From: Porphyridium purpureum
Lineage: Eukaryota
Assembly (NCBI GenBank): GCA_008690995.1
Contig: VRMN01000002.1
Location: forward strand, 372,001 to 436,000
Length of the DNA stretch: 64,000 bases
Direction: 5' to 3'
Made by a program: the position numbers and the translations under genes
Part shown: in pieces, positions 1 through 9,276 of the stretch
Layout of the letters: each line of letters starts with the position of its first letter
How positions within the stretch are numbered: the first letter of the stretch is position 1
Notes under the pieces: model-generated
Seen by the model: the letters and a program-made list of their open reading frames with translations, nothing else
Databases searched by the model: none
What the model was told of the DNA's origin: nothing

Positions 1-538
1 TGCCAGACTGCCAATCAATCACTGGGTTCTCCCGCTTCAGCCACTCCATGCCCAGAATTGCGTCTTGTCCCGCAATCCGGCAAATGGCAAAGTTAGCGGC
101 CCCTGAGTACCCATCGCTCAGTTCAAACTTGACATTGGAAACTTCTCCGGCTGTTTCCAATACTGACCCGTCCGCCAGGGTCACTCTATCTCTCTTCCAC
201 GACGCCTTCTGCTTCAGGCCGTCGGATTTCTGCACAAAGTCCACGCTCATGAAGTTGTCCGTCGCGCCACTGTCAATCAAAAACGTGGCCTCTCCGTCGG
301 ACTTGTGCACTTTTCCTCGAACTCGAAGAAGCATGGCAGCTCCCATCCCTCCAAGTTCCTTGATCACGGGCTGATTTGCGCTCGAGTTTCGCCCACAAGG
401 TGTCGGACAGCCAGACCTTGGCTTACCAAGGCCACCACAGCGGTCTTCATTGCCGCCCCTAGAGGTCTCGTAACGTGTGCGAGCCTCCTTTCCCTCTGAC
501 TGTCCGAGGAACCTCTCTACTCGAGCTCCTCGTTTTTT
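1..538 (-). CDS. pol: Gypsy pol N-terminus (aspartic protease), partial, in -1 frame relative to gag
   Basis: Matches copy 2 pol, including ATFLIDSGATDNF protease motif; begins at slippery site AAAAAAC (532-538). Confidence 0.85.
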
Positions 539-1323
539 GACTCCAGCGAGTCTCCCTCCAGCTGCTGGATAGTCTTCCTTGCCTCGGGACACTTCCTGGC
601 GATGTGTCCCGGCCTTCCACAATTCCAGCATTTGAGCTCGCTTCGAACACGCCTCTGACCCTGCACATGTCCCAGCTCCATCGGGACGGGTCCTTCCTGC
701 GCTGCAGGACCGAAAAATGGCGTCCTCACACTTGAATCACGCACGCCGCGGGTCGCATGAATGGCGTCGTCCACGACCACCGCCACCTGCGCAGCCTCCG
801 CAAACGTGCTCACTCCTCGCTTGTACACTTCCAAGCGGACCTCGGGCTTCAGACCCCTCACAAAGCGGTCCATCATTTCTGCGTCCGACAAGTCCGGAAT
901 CACAAGTGCCGCGTCCTGAAAAGCCGCCACATACGCATGGGCCGGGCCTTTCTGCGAAAGACGCGTCAACTTGTCCCTTGCACGCCTGATCGAATCCTGC
1001 GGCGTGAACCGAGCACTCACGAGGGCAGCAAAATCATTCCACGTCGTGGGGATCTCCTGCGGGTAGCGCTCGCAGTTCAGAACCCACCAATGAAGCGCCT
1101 CTCCCTCGAAGTAGTCTGATGCCAAGTCCACAGCACGCCTCTCCGCAAGCAGACGTTTGTCCAAATCGTCCGGGTGGATGCTCTCCAACAGCCGGCCCAA
1201 GATCTTCTTTCTCGCCTGGAACAACCACGTCTTCACAACCAGAAGGTCCCTCTTCCCGTCGAACCTCATCAGACGGGCCTCCTTCGGGCCACGTGGTCCC
1301 AGCGTCTCCGAATCAATCTCCAT
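517..1323 (-). CDS. gag: Gypsy Gag (retrotransposon gag domain + CCHC knuckle), 268 aa
   Basis: FVRGLKPEVR, GPVPMELG, CWNCGRPGHIARKC zinc knuckle. Confidence 0.95.
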   Translation of the reverse strand: MEIDSETLGPRGPKEARLMRFDGKRDLLVVKTWLFQARKKILGRLLESIHPDDLDKRLLAERRAVDLASDYFEGEALHWWVLNCERYPQEIPTTWNDFAALVSARFTPQDSIRRARDKLTRLSQKGPAHAYVAAFQDAALVIPDLSDAEMMDRFVRGLKPEVRLEVYKRGVSTFAEAAQVAVVVDDAIHATRGVRDSSVRTPFFGPAAQEGPVPMELGHVQGQRRVRSELKCWNCGRPGHIARKCPEARKTIQQLEGDSLESKNEELE

Positions 1324-1871
1324 GCTTTCTGGACTAAAGCACGCTCAACGATCACGACAACTCGAACAGCAAGCCTCCGATGCTCACTTTCTCCAACAGC
1401 TGCGCGCAACACGAACGGGCTCGGTCGCCCTCACGACCACAAATCGACACACGAAGCGGTCCTCTCACTCACACACACGCACAGCAAGCCTCTCACGCAC
1501 ACACAACAAAGCACACAGCAATCCTCCTCTGTTGCGCTGGATGGGGAGCGGCCCGGGCCTTTGCACTGGGGCGGGGATTATAGATGCGATCTTGTATGGA
1601 GGTGTTCGGCGCCTACCTTCGCAAAGGTGGTCGTGCGACACTAGGATAAATCCTAATGAAGGCTGACCGTTACGGCTCTTGCCTACTAATACGTGCTAAG
1701 GCAGAGAGCGAGTCCGCCGTCAAGGCCTAGGCCTATCGTACAGCCAAGACTGAGACCCGCTTCCACCCGTCGCACCCTCCTAATCGACTTACTCGAACCC
1801 CCTTACCCGCAGACTCTCCCACCCAGGCAACCCCAGAGAAACTCTAAGAGAACCTTAGAGCAATCCCAGGT

Positions 1872-1888
1872 AACCAGCGATGATACCA
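1872..1888 (-). promoter_or_regulatory. Primer binding site (tRNA-iMet type)
   Basis: Minus strand reads TGGTATCATCGCTGGTT, 2 nt after the LTR end; TGGTATCA is the canonical iMet PBS start. Confidence 0.85.
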
Positions 1889-1890
1889 AA

Positions 1891-2184
1891 TGTTACCAAT
1901 GCTGTGCCTTTTACTCTCTCTTCTTCTTCCCTCTTCTGTCTCCGAGCAAGACCTGACCGGCTAGTCCGGGCAGGCGCGTCGCCTTTTTATACCCTTACTT
2001 CCGCTAGGGACAGCAAGGCGCCAAGAGAAATGACAATGCAAACCATTGGCATTTCTGCGCGCGTCTAGAAGTTTGTGGAACGTCTAGAAGCTTCTAGAAA
2101 CGGTTAAACGGTCTAACGGTTTAACGGCTTACCGGTTTTGGATTAACCGAACCGTTCTAGGTGACTGGGGTCGAACGGATAACA
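1891..2184 (-). repeat. Gypsy 5' LTR (294 bp)
   Basis: TGTTA...TAACA termini; homologous to 7842-8138, 13255-13557, 16139-16429, 21299-21592. Confidence 0.95.
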
Positions 2185-2364
2185 GAGGGCGCAAACGTCC
2201 GGAACTTTTAGTCCCTAGAGCTCCATATAGTCTCTCTTTGTCAAATGTCCTATTTGTTTGAGCATCCTGTTTCCCCCTCGAAGACACGTCTTCATAGTAA
2301 AGTTTCACAATTTACTATGAAAATGGACAAATTTTGCTGTGTCCTATTTGTTTGAGACGCACTT
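2185..2364. mobile_element. Right end (IR/DR-type TIR) of a Tc1/Tc3-like DNA transposon, interrupted by Gypsy copy 1
   Basis: 17-bp direct repeat TGTCCTATTTGTTTGAG at 2246 and 2340, internal 11-bp inverted repeat 2291-2321, ends ...GACGCACTT then TA, resembling the 6930 terminus. Confidence 0.55.
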
Positions 2365-2567
2365 TAATTGACCAGGTACAGATTTAGCTGTACCAACTTA
2401 CTTTGAAGGTTACCCGAACCCTCAATTTCTTGACCAGCGTATAAATACGCGGCGAGCGGCGGCGGGAAAGTGGCACTAGAACAAAAATAAAAGGTTAAGG
2501 GTGTATGGGAAAAGAACAAACCTTCCGCCCCGCGGGATAGCCTGAGGAGAAATAGAAATGAACGACA

Positions 2568-3689
2568 TGTACGGAATGTCGTACAAAATGCTTCTCACGC
2601 GTTCTTTGACCAACCTGATGGCTCTCTCCGCTGCGGGGACCACTTCGCCAGCGCCCGTGATTTCTGGAGTTATGCCTTTATCCCGCATCTCGTTCATTAG
2701 GGCCTGAACCGCACTTTCCCTATCAAACCGAATCTCAGTGATGGTAATCCCGTGACCTTTTGCTTCTGTCTTCTGGGACAGTAATGCCGCGCGCAGCGTG
2801 TCTGCCGTCTTTTGCTTGATCGGCGAAATCATGATGTTCTGCGCAGGCTTCAGCTGTGTCATCAGGTATGATGACTTGCCGATGAACATCAAGTCGCTAT
2901 GCATTACCTGGGTGGGCGTGGCCCGGTCGGCACTTCCGCGGGTAGCTCTGGCGTCTGATGTCCAGTAGTTTTTCCCTTCACAATGGTCACGTGTGGGCCC
3001 CAGATGTCGTCTGCACGACTGACATCGGCGACCCCGACGTCGCACCCGACCAGGTCCCCGCGCCTCAACATATGACTCAGAGTTCGGCTGGATATGAAGG
3101 CGAGTTTCTTCTGTAATCCCCTCGCCACGCGGGCGCGTTCGATATCGCGCCTGCTTTAACGTGTCAGGTTACTGGCGACTGTGCGCACTGAACTGTTCCA
3201 TGCTTGCGCAGAGATGCCGCGAGCCAAACCAAGGTTTATGTCGACGCGTCGGCTCCGGTCCATGGAGAGCGCCACTACATCGACGCTCGCCGTATACATT
3301 CCGCTTTTGTCTCTTTCAAAGACGACGCATCCGCATTTGCCGGATGCAATTGGCCAGCGCAGCTCGAAGCTATCCTTCATGGGCTGGTAGAGGACATCGT
3401 GTCCATCGTCTTTCAGCTTTCCAAAGGACAGTATGTTGCCCGCCACATTTTCATTCACATACAGTAACCCACATATTGTACTCGCCACTTCTCTCAGTGT
3501 TAAACCCCCCGCGCTTGAGTCGATCCCGGTCAGATGAAGGCCCTCCTTGATATATTTTGTTTTCAGAAGGCTTTTATCCTTGAAAACGTGGTGTGAGGAG
3601 CACGTATCTAGACTTATTTCTAGCACTGGACTACGCGTTCCTTGTTCCATTCCTTCAACTGATCCTCGGGCACTCCGCGGGCCACACCG
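2568..3689 (-). pseudogene. pol: Copia pol fragment (protease + integrase core)
   Basis: SLDTCSSHH protease, NILSFGKL, HSDLMFI / FDRES / AERAIRLVKE DDE core; premature TAA at 3156-3158 and a frameshift near 2920. Confidence 0.85.
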
Positions 3690-4760
3690 TCACTCATCCT
3701 TCAGCTTTCGCACAATACGCGCAATTAAGTCCGCGTCGTGTGCGTTGCTGCCCGTCGCTTTCTTGCGTTCCCTACGCGCCTTTCGTGCTTGCGCCTTGTT
3801 CATGGCCTCGGCCATCTCCGTCGATGTCGGCTGCTTGTTGCAGTCGCGCAACATGTGCGGTCCGCTGCAATTGAAACAGGCCAGGTCCTGGCCAGTACGA
3901 CGACCTACGTTAGCTTCGATGTCGGGTGCCCCATAATCGTCCTCATGCTCGGACACATGGTCGCGGCTCATGGTCTGGCCTACTACGGCCCAGGCCCTGC
4001 CGGCTTTGGGGTGTTTCGCGTACGCGAAGTTAGTCACGTACTCGATCGCCATGTCGAGCGTGCTGCATTTGCCACCGTCATTTCGATGAGCTCGGACGGC
4101 CTCGTCCCACATGGAGCCCTCTAATTTCAGCAGAAAATCGGCAGCACGTCGCTCCTCTGTAATCTTTGGCTCACCGACCAGCTGCAGTACCAATATCGCA
4201 GCCTTGAATCGTAGCTTGAAACTGAGAAGAGACTCATCGGCGCCAGGAGTCAAGCGAGAGTAGTCTTGCGAGGCGTACTGTTTGTTCTTCATCTCATCGA
4301 CGTCGCCGCGCGTCATGTGCGAAACAATGACGAGATTGAGAAGACCAATCGGGTCATTTGCGTCCTCCTGGAGCGTCGCGTATTTCGGGTCGCGTGCCAT
4401 AGCGTCCTGTGACGCCAGGCTGAGTTGCCCCATCATTAAGCCAAAGACTTTTACCTTGTTTTGCTCCAGTTTTCGCATTGCCTCGGCGCGTTGGACAATC
4501 GCGATCTTGAGCGTCTGCTTCTCGACAAGTTCATCCCTTCTTCCTTCTGGATGTGGCGGCTCCGAGGGGGCGGGAAGGTCCTGCGGTACCTGGTACCTGC
4601 GGTGTCCTTCTTCAAACGAGAAGATCTGGCCCATCCTTCCGCACTCTGCGCGTGTGTAATCACGCAGGTTGTCCATCCACAGCATCGTGGCAACAGGGGA
4701 CACCCTATCCACGTTGTACTGCAAAAGGGGCAGCTCGTCCACGAGCCCCCTGTGTTTCAC
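3690..4760 (-). CDS. gag: Copia Gag with CX2CX3HX4C knuckle; true ATG probably at 4809 with a 1-nt indel
   Basis: 356-aa ORF with DPIGLLNLV, GADESLLSFKLRF, CFNCSGPHMLRDC, upstream of the protease. Confidence 0.8.
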   Translation of the reverse strand: MKHRGLVDELPLLQYNVDRVSPVATMLWMDNLRDYTRAECGRMGQIFSFEEGHRRYQVPQDLPAPSEPPHPEGRRDELVEKQTLKIAIVQRAEAMRKLEQNKVKVFGLMMGQLSLASQDAMARDPKYATLQEDANDPIGLLNLVIVSHMTRGDVDEMKNKQYASQDYSRLTPGADESLLSFKLRFKAAILVLQLVGEPKITEERRAADFLLKLEGSMWDEAVRAHRNDGGKCSTLDMAIEYVTNFAYAKHPKAGRAWAVVGQTMSRDHVSEHEDDYGAPDIEANVGRRTGQDLACFNCSGPHMLRDCNKQPTSTEMAEAMNKAQARKARRERKKATGSNAHDADLIARIVRKLKDE

Positions 4761-4901
4761 AACCCGTGCGTCGCGGGGTGCCGCTTTCCCTTTGCCGCGC
4801 GCCGCTCATTATGTTGTTTGTTTCTGTAGGTGTATAACCTCGCTCCGAGCGCCCTGGTTAACACGAAGGAGTAGCAACAACAATGTTTACTTGTGAAGGT
4901 C

Positions 4902-5076
4902 TGTCGGGAAACAAACAACATACACTCCTTACCCGACAGCCAAAGCCCGCGGCCGCGAAGGCGGACGCGTTGGTCCTTTTATCGCACACTGAATGCGAAG
5001 CCATACGGTGGCCATAGCCAGCGGCGCGCATGTCCACCTACAGTACCTAGGCTTCATAATCGAGCTTGACCCAACA
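4902..5076 (-). repeat. Putative 5' LTR of Copia 1
   Basis: TGTTGGG...CCCGACA near-inverted termini and ATAAAAG; no second copy available to confirm boundaries. Confidence 0.4.
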
Positions 5077-5095
5077 GATACTATCATGAGAGGTA

Positions 5096-6930
5096 AGGTG
5101 CGACCAAATCGGATAGGGGACAGTCAAAATGTTTAGAAAAAATAGTTAATTAATAGTAAATTTTGATATTTTCCTATGAAAGTAGAACGGCGGGGTTCGT
5201 CTGCAACGGTTACGACGAAATTTGTGGCTCAAAACGGATACGGAACACTGTGTGGAAGCGAAATATCTCGGAAGTCGTCTATTCAGAGCAAACGGCAAAG
5301 TGCGGATCCATCGCAGCTCGTGAAGAGCTCCATTCTGACTCTACGGGGTGCAAGATTGGCCTTACAGGTGAAGAGAAAGGACGTACTCAGGGTCTCCGGG
5401 AGTCGTGCGACAGCGTGAGAGCCATTGCGACCAAAATTGGGCGCTCTAAGAACGTGGTTTTCTGCTGTTTGTCGGCTCCAAACGAGTACTGCCAGAAATA
5501 TGCCAATGTGAACGCTTTAAAGCTGACGGAGGCGGTCAAAACGAAGATTTACAACATCGCCAAGCTTCCGAACATTCACACGGCACGTCAGGTTCAAGCA
5601 GCTCTGCGAATTTGTGGAGCTAAACCAATCCAAAATTTGACAACAATCATCAAGGCAGTGAGTGACACGTATGCATACCGCAAAATTCCAGCTTGTCCGC
5701 CACTGACACTCAATCGCAAGCTCAAGAGGCTGGCCTGGGCCAGGCATCATCAGCTGGAACAGACCAATTGGGCCGCAATTGTGTTCACTGACGAAAAGAA
5801 GTTCAACCTGGACGGACCCGATGGTTTCCACAAGACGTGGGTTGAGCGTGCGGCGGACGTTCCAGACGTTTGGTCGCGACATTCCGGCGGCGGTGGATGC
5901 ATGGTTTGGGGTGCTATTTCTGCAAGAGGAAAGATCCACCTTTATTTTATTGAGGGGTCATTTACGGCTGCAAAATATGTTTCCATGCTTCGAGAGGACA
6001 ATGTGCTGAACCGCTGCCGTCAGATGGTGGGCCCGAACACGGTTTTTCTGCAGGATAAGGCGCCAGTGCAGACAAGTCGCCTGGTTAAGAATTTCATGAA
6101 TGACGAGAATGCGGAGCTTCTAGACTGGCCAGCGTACTCGCCGGACCTCAATATCATCAAGAACCTGTGGGGAATACTAGCGCGCAAGGTTTACGAGGGT
6201 GCAAGGCAGTATCAGACGGTGCTAGAGCTCAAGTTTGCCATTTTACTGGCCTGGGAGAGTTTGGACCAGCCTGTGATGGCCAATTTGTACGCGTCGCTGC
6301 CGAAACGAATATTCGACTGTGCGTGTCTTCAAGGCGCGTACGTGCAAGGGAACCGCGACCAATTCCGATTCTCTATGGCTGAGTAATGGCCAGAAATGTG
6401 CCGTGTCCCCTATCCGTTTTGACCTCCTTCATATTCCCTTTTCACCGGACCTCTTTCCTTTTGATAGTAAAGCAGATCATTTTACTAGCAAAACTTGAAA
6501 AAAGGTACTGTCTCCTATCCGATTTGGTCGCACTTTTCGTGTATGCTTGGGGCATCTACCAAGCACAAAACGAAGTGCATATAGCACCTAATGTATGTCA
6601 AAATGGCTCTCACATTTCGTCCCACTGCCGAAGGCCCTGAAAGCATAATCTTCCTCATCCGGGGAGTCAATATTGCGATGATCGGTGTCGACATGAAGCT
6701 CTTCACGAGTTTTGCTCGATGCGCTTCTCTCCACTTCCTTTCCATCATCCACGTCTGAGATTTAAGTCTTGCCTTGACTGTCCCCTATCCGTTTTGTGCA
6801 ACAAATTTCTTGCATTCCGGCACCACCCGCCCGCCCCAAATTATGTTCCTAGTAAAAAGTCAAAATTTAATATGAACTGTCTAATTTTTCTTTGAAATTC
6901 GACTGTCCCCTATCTGTTCTGGTCGCACCT
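5096..6930 (+). mobile_element. Tc1/Tc3-like DNA transposon
   Basis: 30-bp TIRs (5096-5125 / 6901-6930, 3 mismatches, imperfect extension to ~85 bp), TA on both flanks, inner direct repeats, transposase ORF. Confidence 0.93.
5343..6386 (+). pseudogene. Tc1-family (DD34E) transposase, open frame but probably inactive
   Basis: VFTDEKKFNLDGPDG, MVWGAIS, QDKAP, WPAYSPDLNIIKNLW; third catalytic E is K (D-x34-K); probable start codon is ACG at 5343. Confidence 0.88.
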
Positions 6931-7146
6931 TAAATTCGCGTGGGGCGCGGGCGTAGCTTGTAACCGTCTTTCACTGCCGCCGCAACAATTTTACTTTTCT
7001 TTGTCTTCATTCGGCCTCGAATCGACGACAGGACACAGCTTTGTTGCAGGACAGCCTGAGATGGGCTGCGGACCCGGGAGACGGTGCGCGGGCCGTCGTA
7101 GCGAAGCGGAAGCGCGTGTAAGTCAGCGAGTGGGTGCGGCGAGTGG

Positions 7147-7204
7147 GCGCGGTGAGGGGCCGCGGTGAGGGGGCGTGGTAAGGGGGCGCGGTGAGGGGGC
7201 GCGG
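7147..7204 (+). repeat. G-rich 13-bp minisatellite (GCGCGGTGAGGGG x4.5)
   Basis: Directly visible tandem units at 7147, 7160, 7173, 7186, 7199. Confidence 0.85.
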
Positions 7205-7437
7205 AGGTGAATTCTAGTTAAGCTTTTTTCCCTGAGGGGTTTTTTTCAGCTCTAGAGCTCGCCTATAAAAGGTCGTAAAATTAAGGTGGGATCGATAGTG
7301 ACGGAAAATAAAAGGGTATGGATCTTGGGAAGAAAAAAGGAGTTTGGAAGGTTTCTGGAAGGATTCATCCGCTCGGGCAGAGAGAGCTGCCGAGTGTAAG
7401 GCTACGGGGAGTGGGGGTACAGTGGATGGGAGTGATA

Positions 7438-9129
7438 CAGTAAGTGACAATCAAATAAAAACACCCGCTGTTTTGCATATTTTCTATGAAAATAGGTAAT
7501 TTTAGAATAAAATTGAAGAAGGTCGACCTTTCGGTGACCGTGCGAGCGTCCAAACGATTAAAAACAGTGCAGTCAAACACACATTCCAGGGGTCATAGAG
7601 CATGGACAGGAGCGCGCGGCGCGATTTCATCAGGAGCACAGCAATGTCTTTCAGTGGACAAGAGCCCAGCATGATTGGTGGCGTGGTTACGGAGGAATGC
7701 ATGATGCGGGTGATCACGAACTGACCATTGAGATTTTGCTCCGTTGCATTAGTACAAAGGTATTTGAATAGCCTAATAACGGAAAGCAAATGGAGGCCCG
7801 ATCAGAATGACGCAAGAATAACATCCAAACCGCACCTAAAGTGTTACCAATGCTGTGCCTTTTACTCTGCTTCTTCTTTCTTGCCTCTTCTGTCTCCGAG
7901 CAAGACCTGACCGGCTAGTCCGGGCAGGCGCGTCGCCTTTTTATACCCTTACTTCCGCCAGGGACAGCAAGGCGCCAAGAGAAATGACAATGCAAATCAT
8001 TGGCATTTCTGCGCGCGTCTAGAAGGTTCTGGAACCTCCAGAAGCTTCTAGAAACGGTTAAACGGTCTACCGGCTTAGCGGCTTACCGGGTTCGGATTAA
8101 CCGAACCGTTCTAGGTGACTGGGGTCGAACGGATAACATCAAGCTTGAAAATGTCCCAAAGCAAGGCCTTCTTTTGCTGCGTTTTTGACTTGCACAGAAC
8201 TCTAATCAGCATGTGCCGAGCCAATTTCAGCGCAACGCACCAGACTTGGAACCAGAAATAAGCGCACGTGCGAGACGAAGACGACCATACCAGCTTTGGA
8301 GAACTGTCATGGACACACACAAAATGAATGAGTTGTTTTTACTGCTGAAAACAGAGAAAAACTTGCAAGTGTTATTTACGGACCTAAAAGGCTCGAATTG
8401 GAGGGTTCTGATGGTGTCCTCTTCTCTTAGGGAGGGTCAGAGCTTATCCCAGTCAACCATTTCATCTGTACGTTTGGTGCACACAGCTTGATAACTTGGG
8501 AGTGCCAACCACACCCGAAAATTTAGACTTCTCCTTCGCATGCGACTATCGTATCCCTATTGAGAGGGGCGCAAGAAGCGTGAACATGTTGGACAGATTT
8601 CGGGTGAATATGAGAGCCGTAAAAAAGCTCAGTTGCTTCATGTTTATGTTGCTCTATGTAGCTTGCCTCAAGGCAGAGCAAACCGGGTACCGATTGAAAA
8701 GCAAATATGTGGAAGCTAGAGATAGTCCTGCGCTCCCGCGAGACTTGGATTCAATTGACCATGTTCGGAGACATGTAATAGGCCACGTTTACGGTGAATT
8801 CCAGCAGTTTTATAGCGTGAAAGAGCTGCGAACGGCAGATTAGGACGCCCTGGCGAAAATGGAGGGCTCCTGCGTCACAGGCTCGCGTGACAGTGTGTCA
8901 AAGGGACTCGTTGGAAAGGTCTTGGGCCAAGGAAGGACGTGGCGCTTTCAGAACTCGCTTCTACCCTTCACTGCTGCGGTAAACTCTCTGAACTTGCTCT
9001 GTTTTTAATCGTTTGTCACTTTCCCTTCGCGCGTAAAATCTCTACTTCAACGAGTTTATACTAAATTTACCATGTTTTGTTATAAAAGGTAACGACTAGC
9101 GGGTGTTTTTAATTGATTGTCACTTGCTG
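7438..9129. mobile_element. Degenerate Tc1/mariner-like element containing a solo LTR
   Basis: 32-bp TIR CAG(T/C)AAGTGACAATCAA(A/T)TAAAAACACCCGCT at both ends, TA flanks (7436-7437, 9130-9131); no intact ORF. Confidence 0.85.
7842..8138 (-). repeat. Gypsy solo LTR
   Basis: Full LTR with no PBS or PPT; flanks TAAAG / TCAAG (4/5 TSD match). Confidence 0.92.
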
Positions 9130-9276
9130 TACGGACAGGTACGTTTGCGTGAGGGTGGGACTACTTACGAAGCGTTGTTTTTTTGGTGTCCTTTTTGCGG
9201 GGCCGCAACAGCTTCCTTCCAATTCTTTTGCAAAGGCCGGCAAAGGCCGTGGAAAATCTTAATATGAACGAAAAAG

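Larger units (their letters stand above)
1..2184 (-). mobile_element. Ty3/Gypsy LTR retrotransposon, copy 1 (5' part; runs off the window start)
   Basis: 5' LTR 1891-2184, PBS, leader, gag and protease start; near-identical to 19408-21592. Confidence 0.95.
2568..5076 (-). mobile_element. Ty1/Copia (CoDi-like) LTR retrotransposon 1, truncated in integrase
   Basis: Order gag-protease-integrase; putative LTR starting TGTTGGG at 5076; homology ends abruptly after YDIPY at ~2568. Confidence 0.85.

Noticed and set aside
1157..1666. Antisense ORFs (169, 156 and 87 aa) present in both Gypsy copies
   Set aside because: The copies are nearly identical, so conservation is uninformative; no motifs, and they are typical GC-rich shadow frames
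2064..2160. Palindromic short repeats as a CRISPR-like array
   Set aside because: No repeat-spacer periodicity, no cas genes, eukaryotic context; these are LTR promoter motifs
5163..5342. N-terminal 60 aa of the predicted 407-aa transposase
   Set aside because: Starts at TTG inside the TIR/DR region; transposase-like sequence begins at ~5343
8213..8843. Plus-strand ORFs (92 and 115 aa) inside the degenerate Tc1-like element
   Set aside because: No transposase or other motifs; probably shadows of a decayed coding sequence
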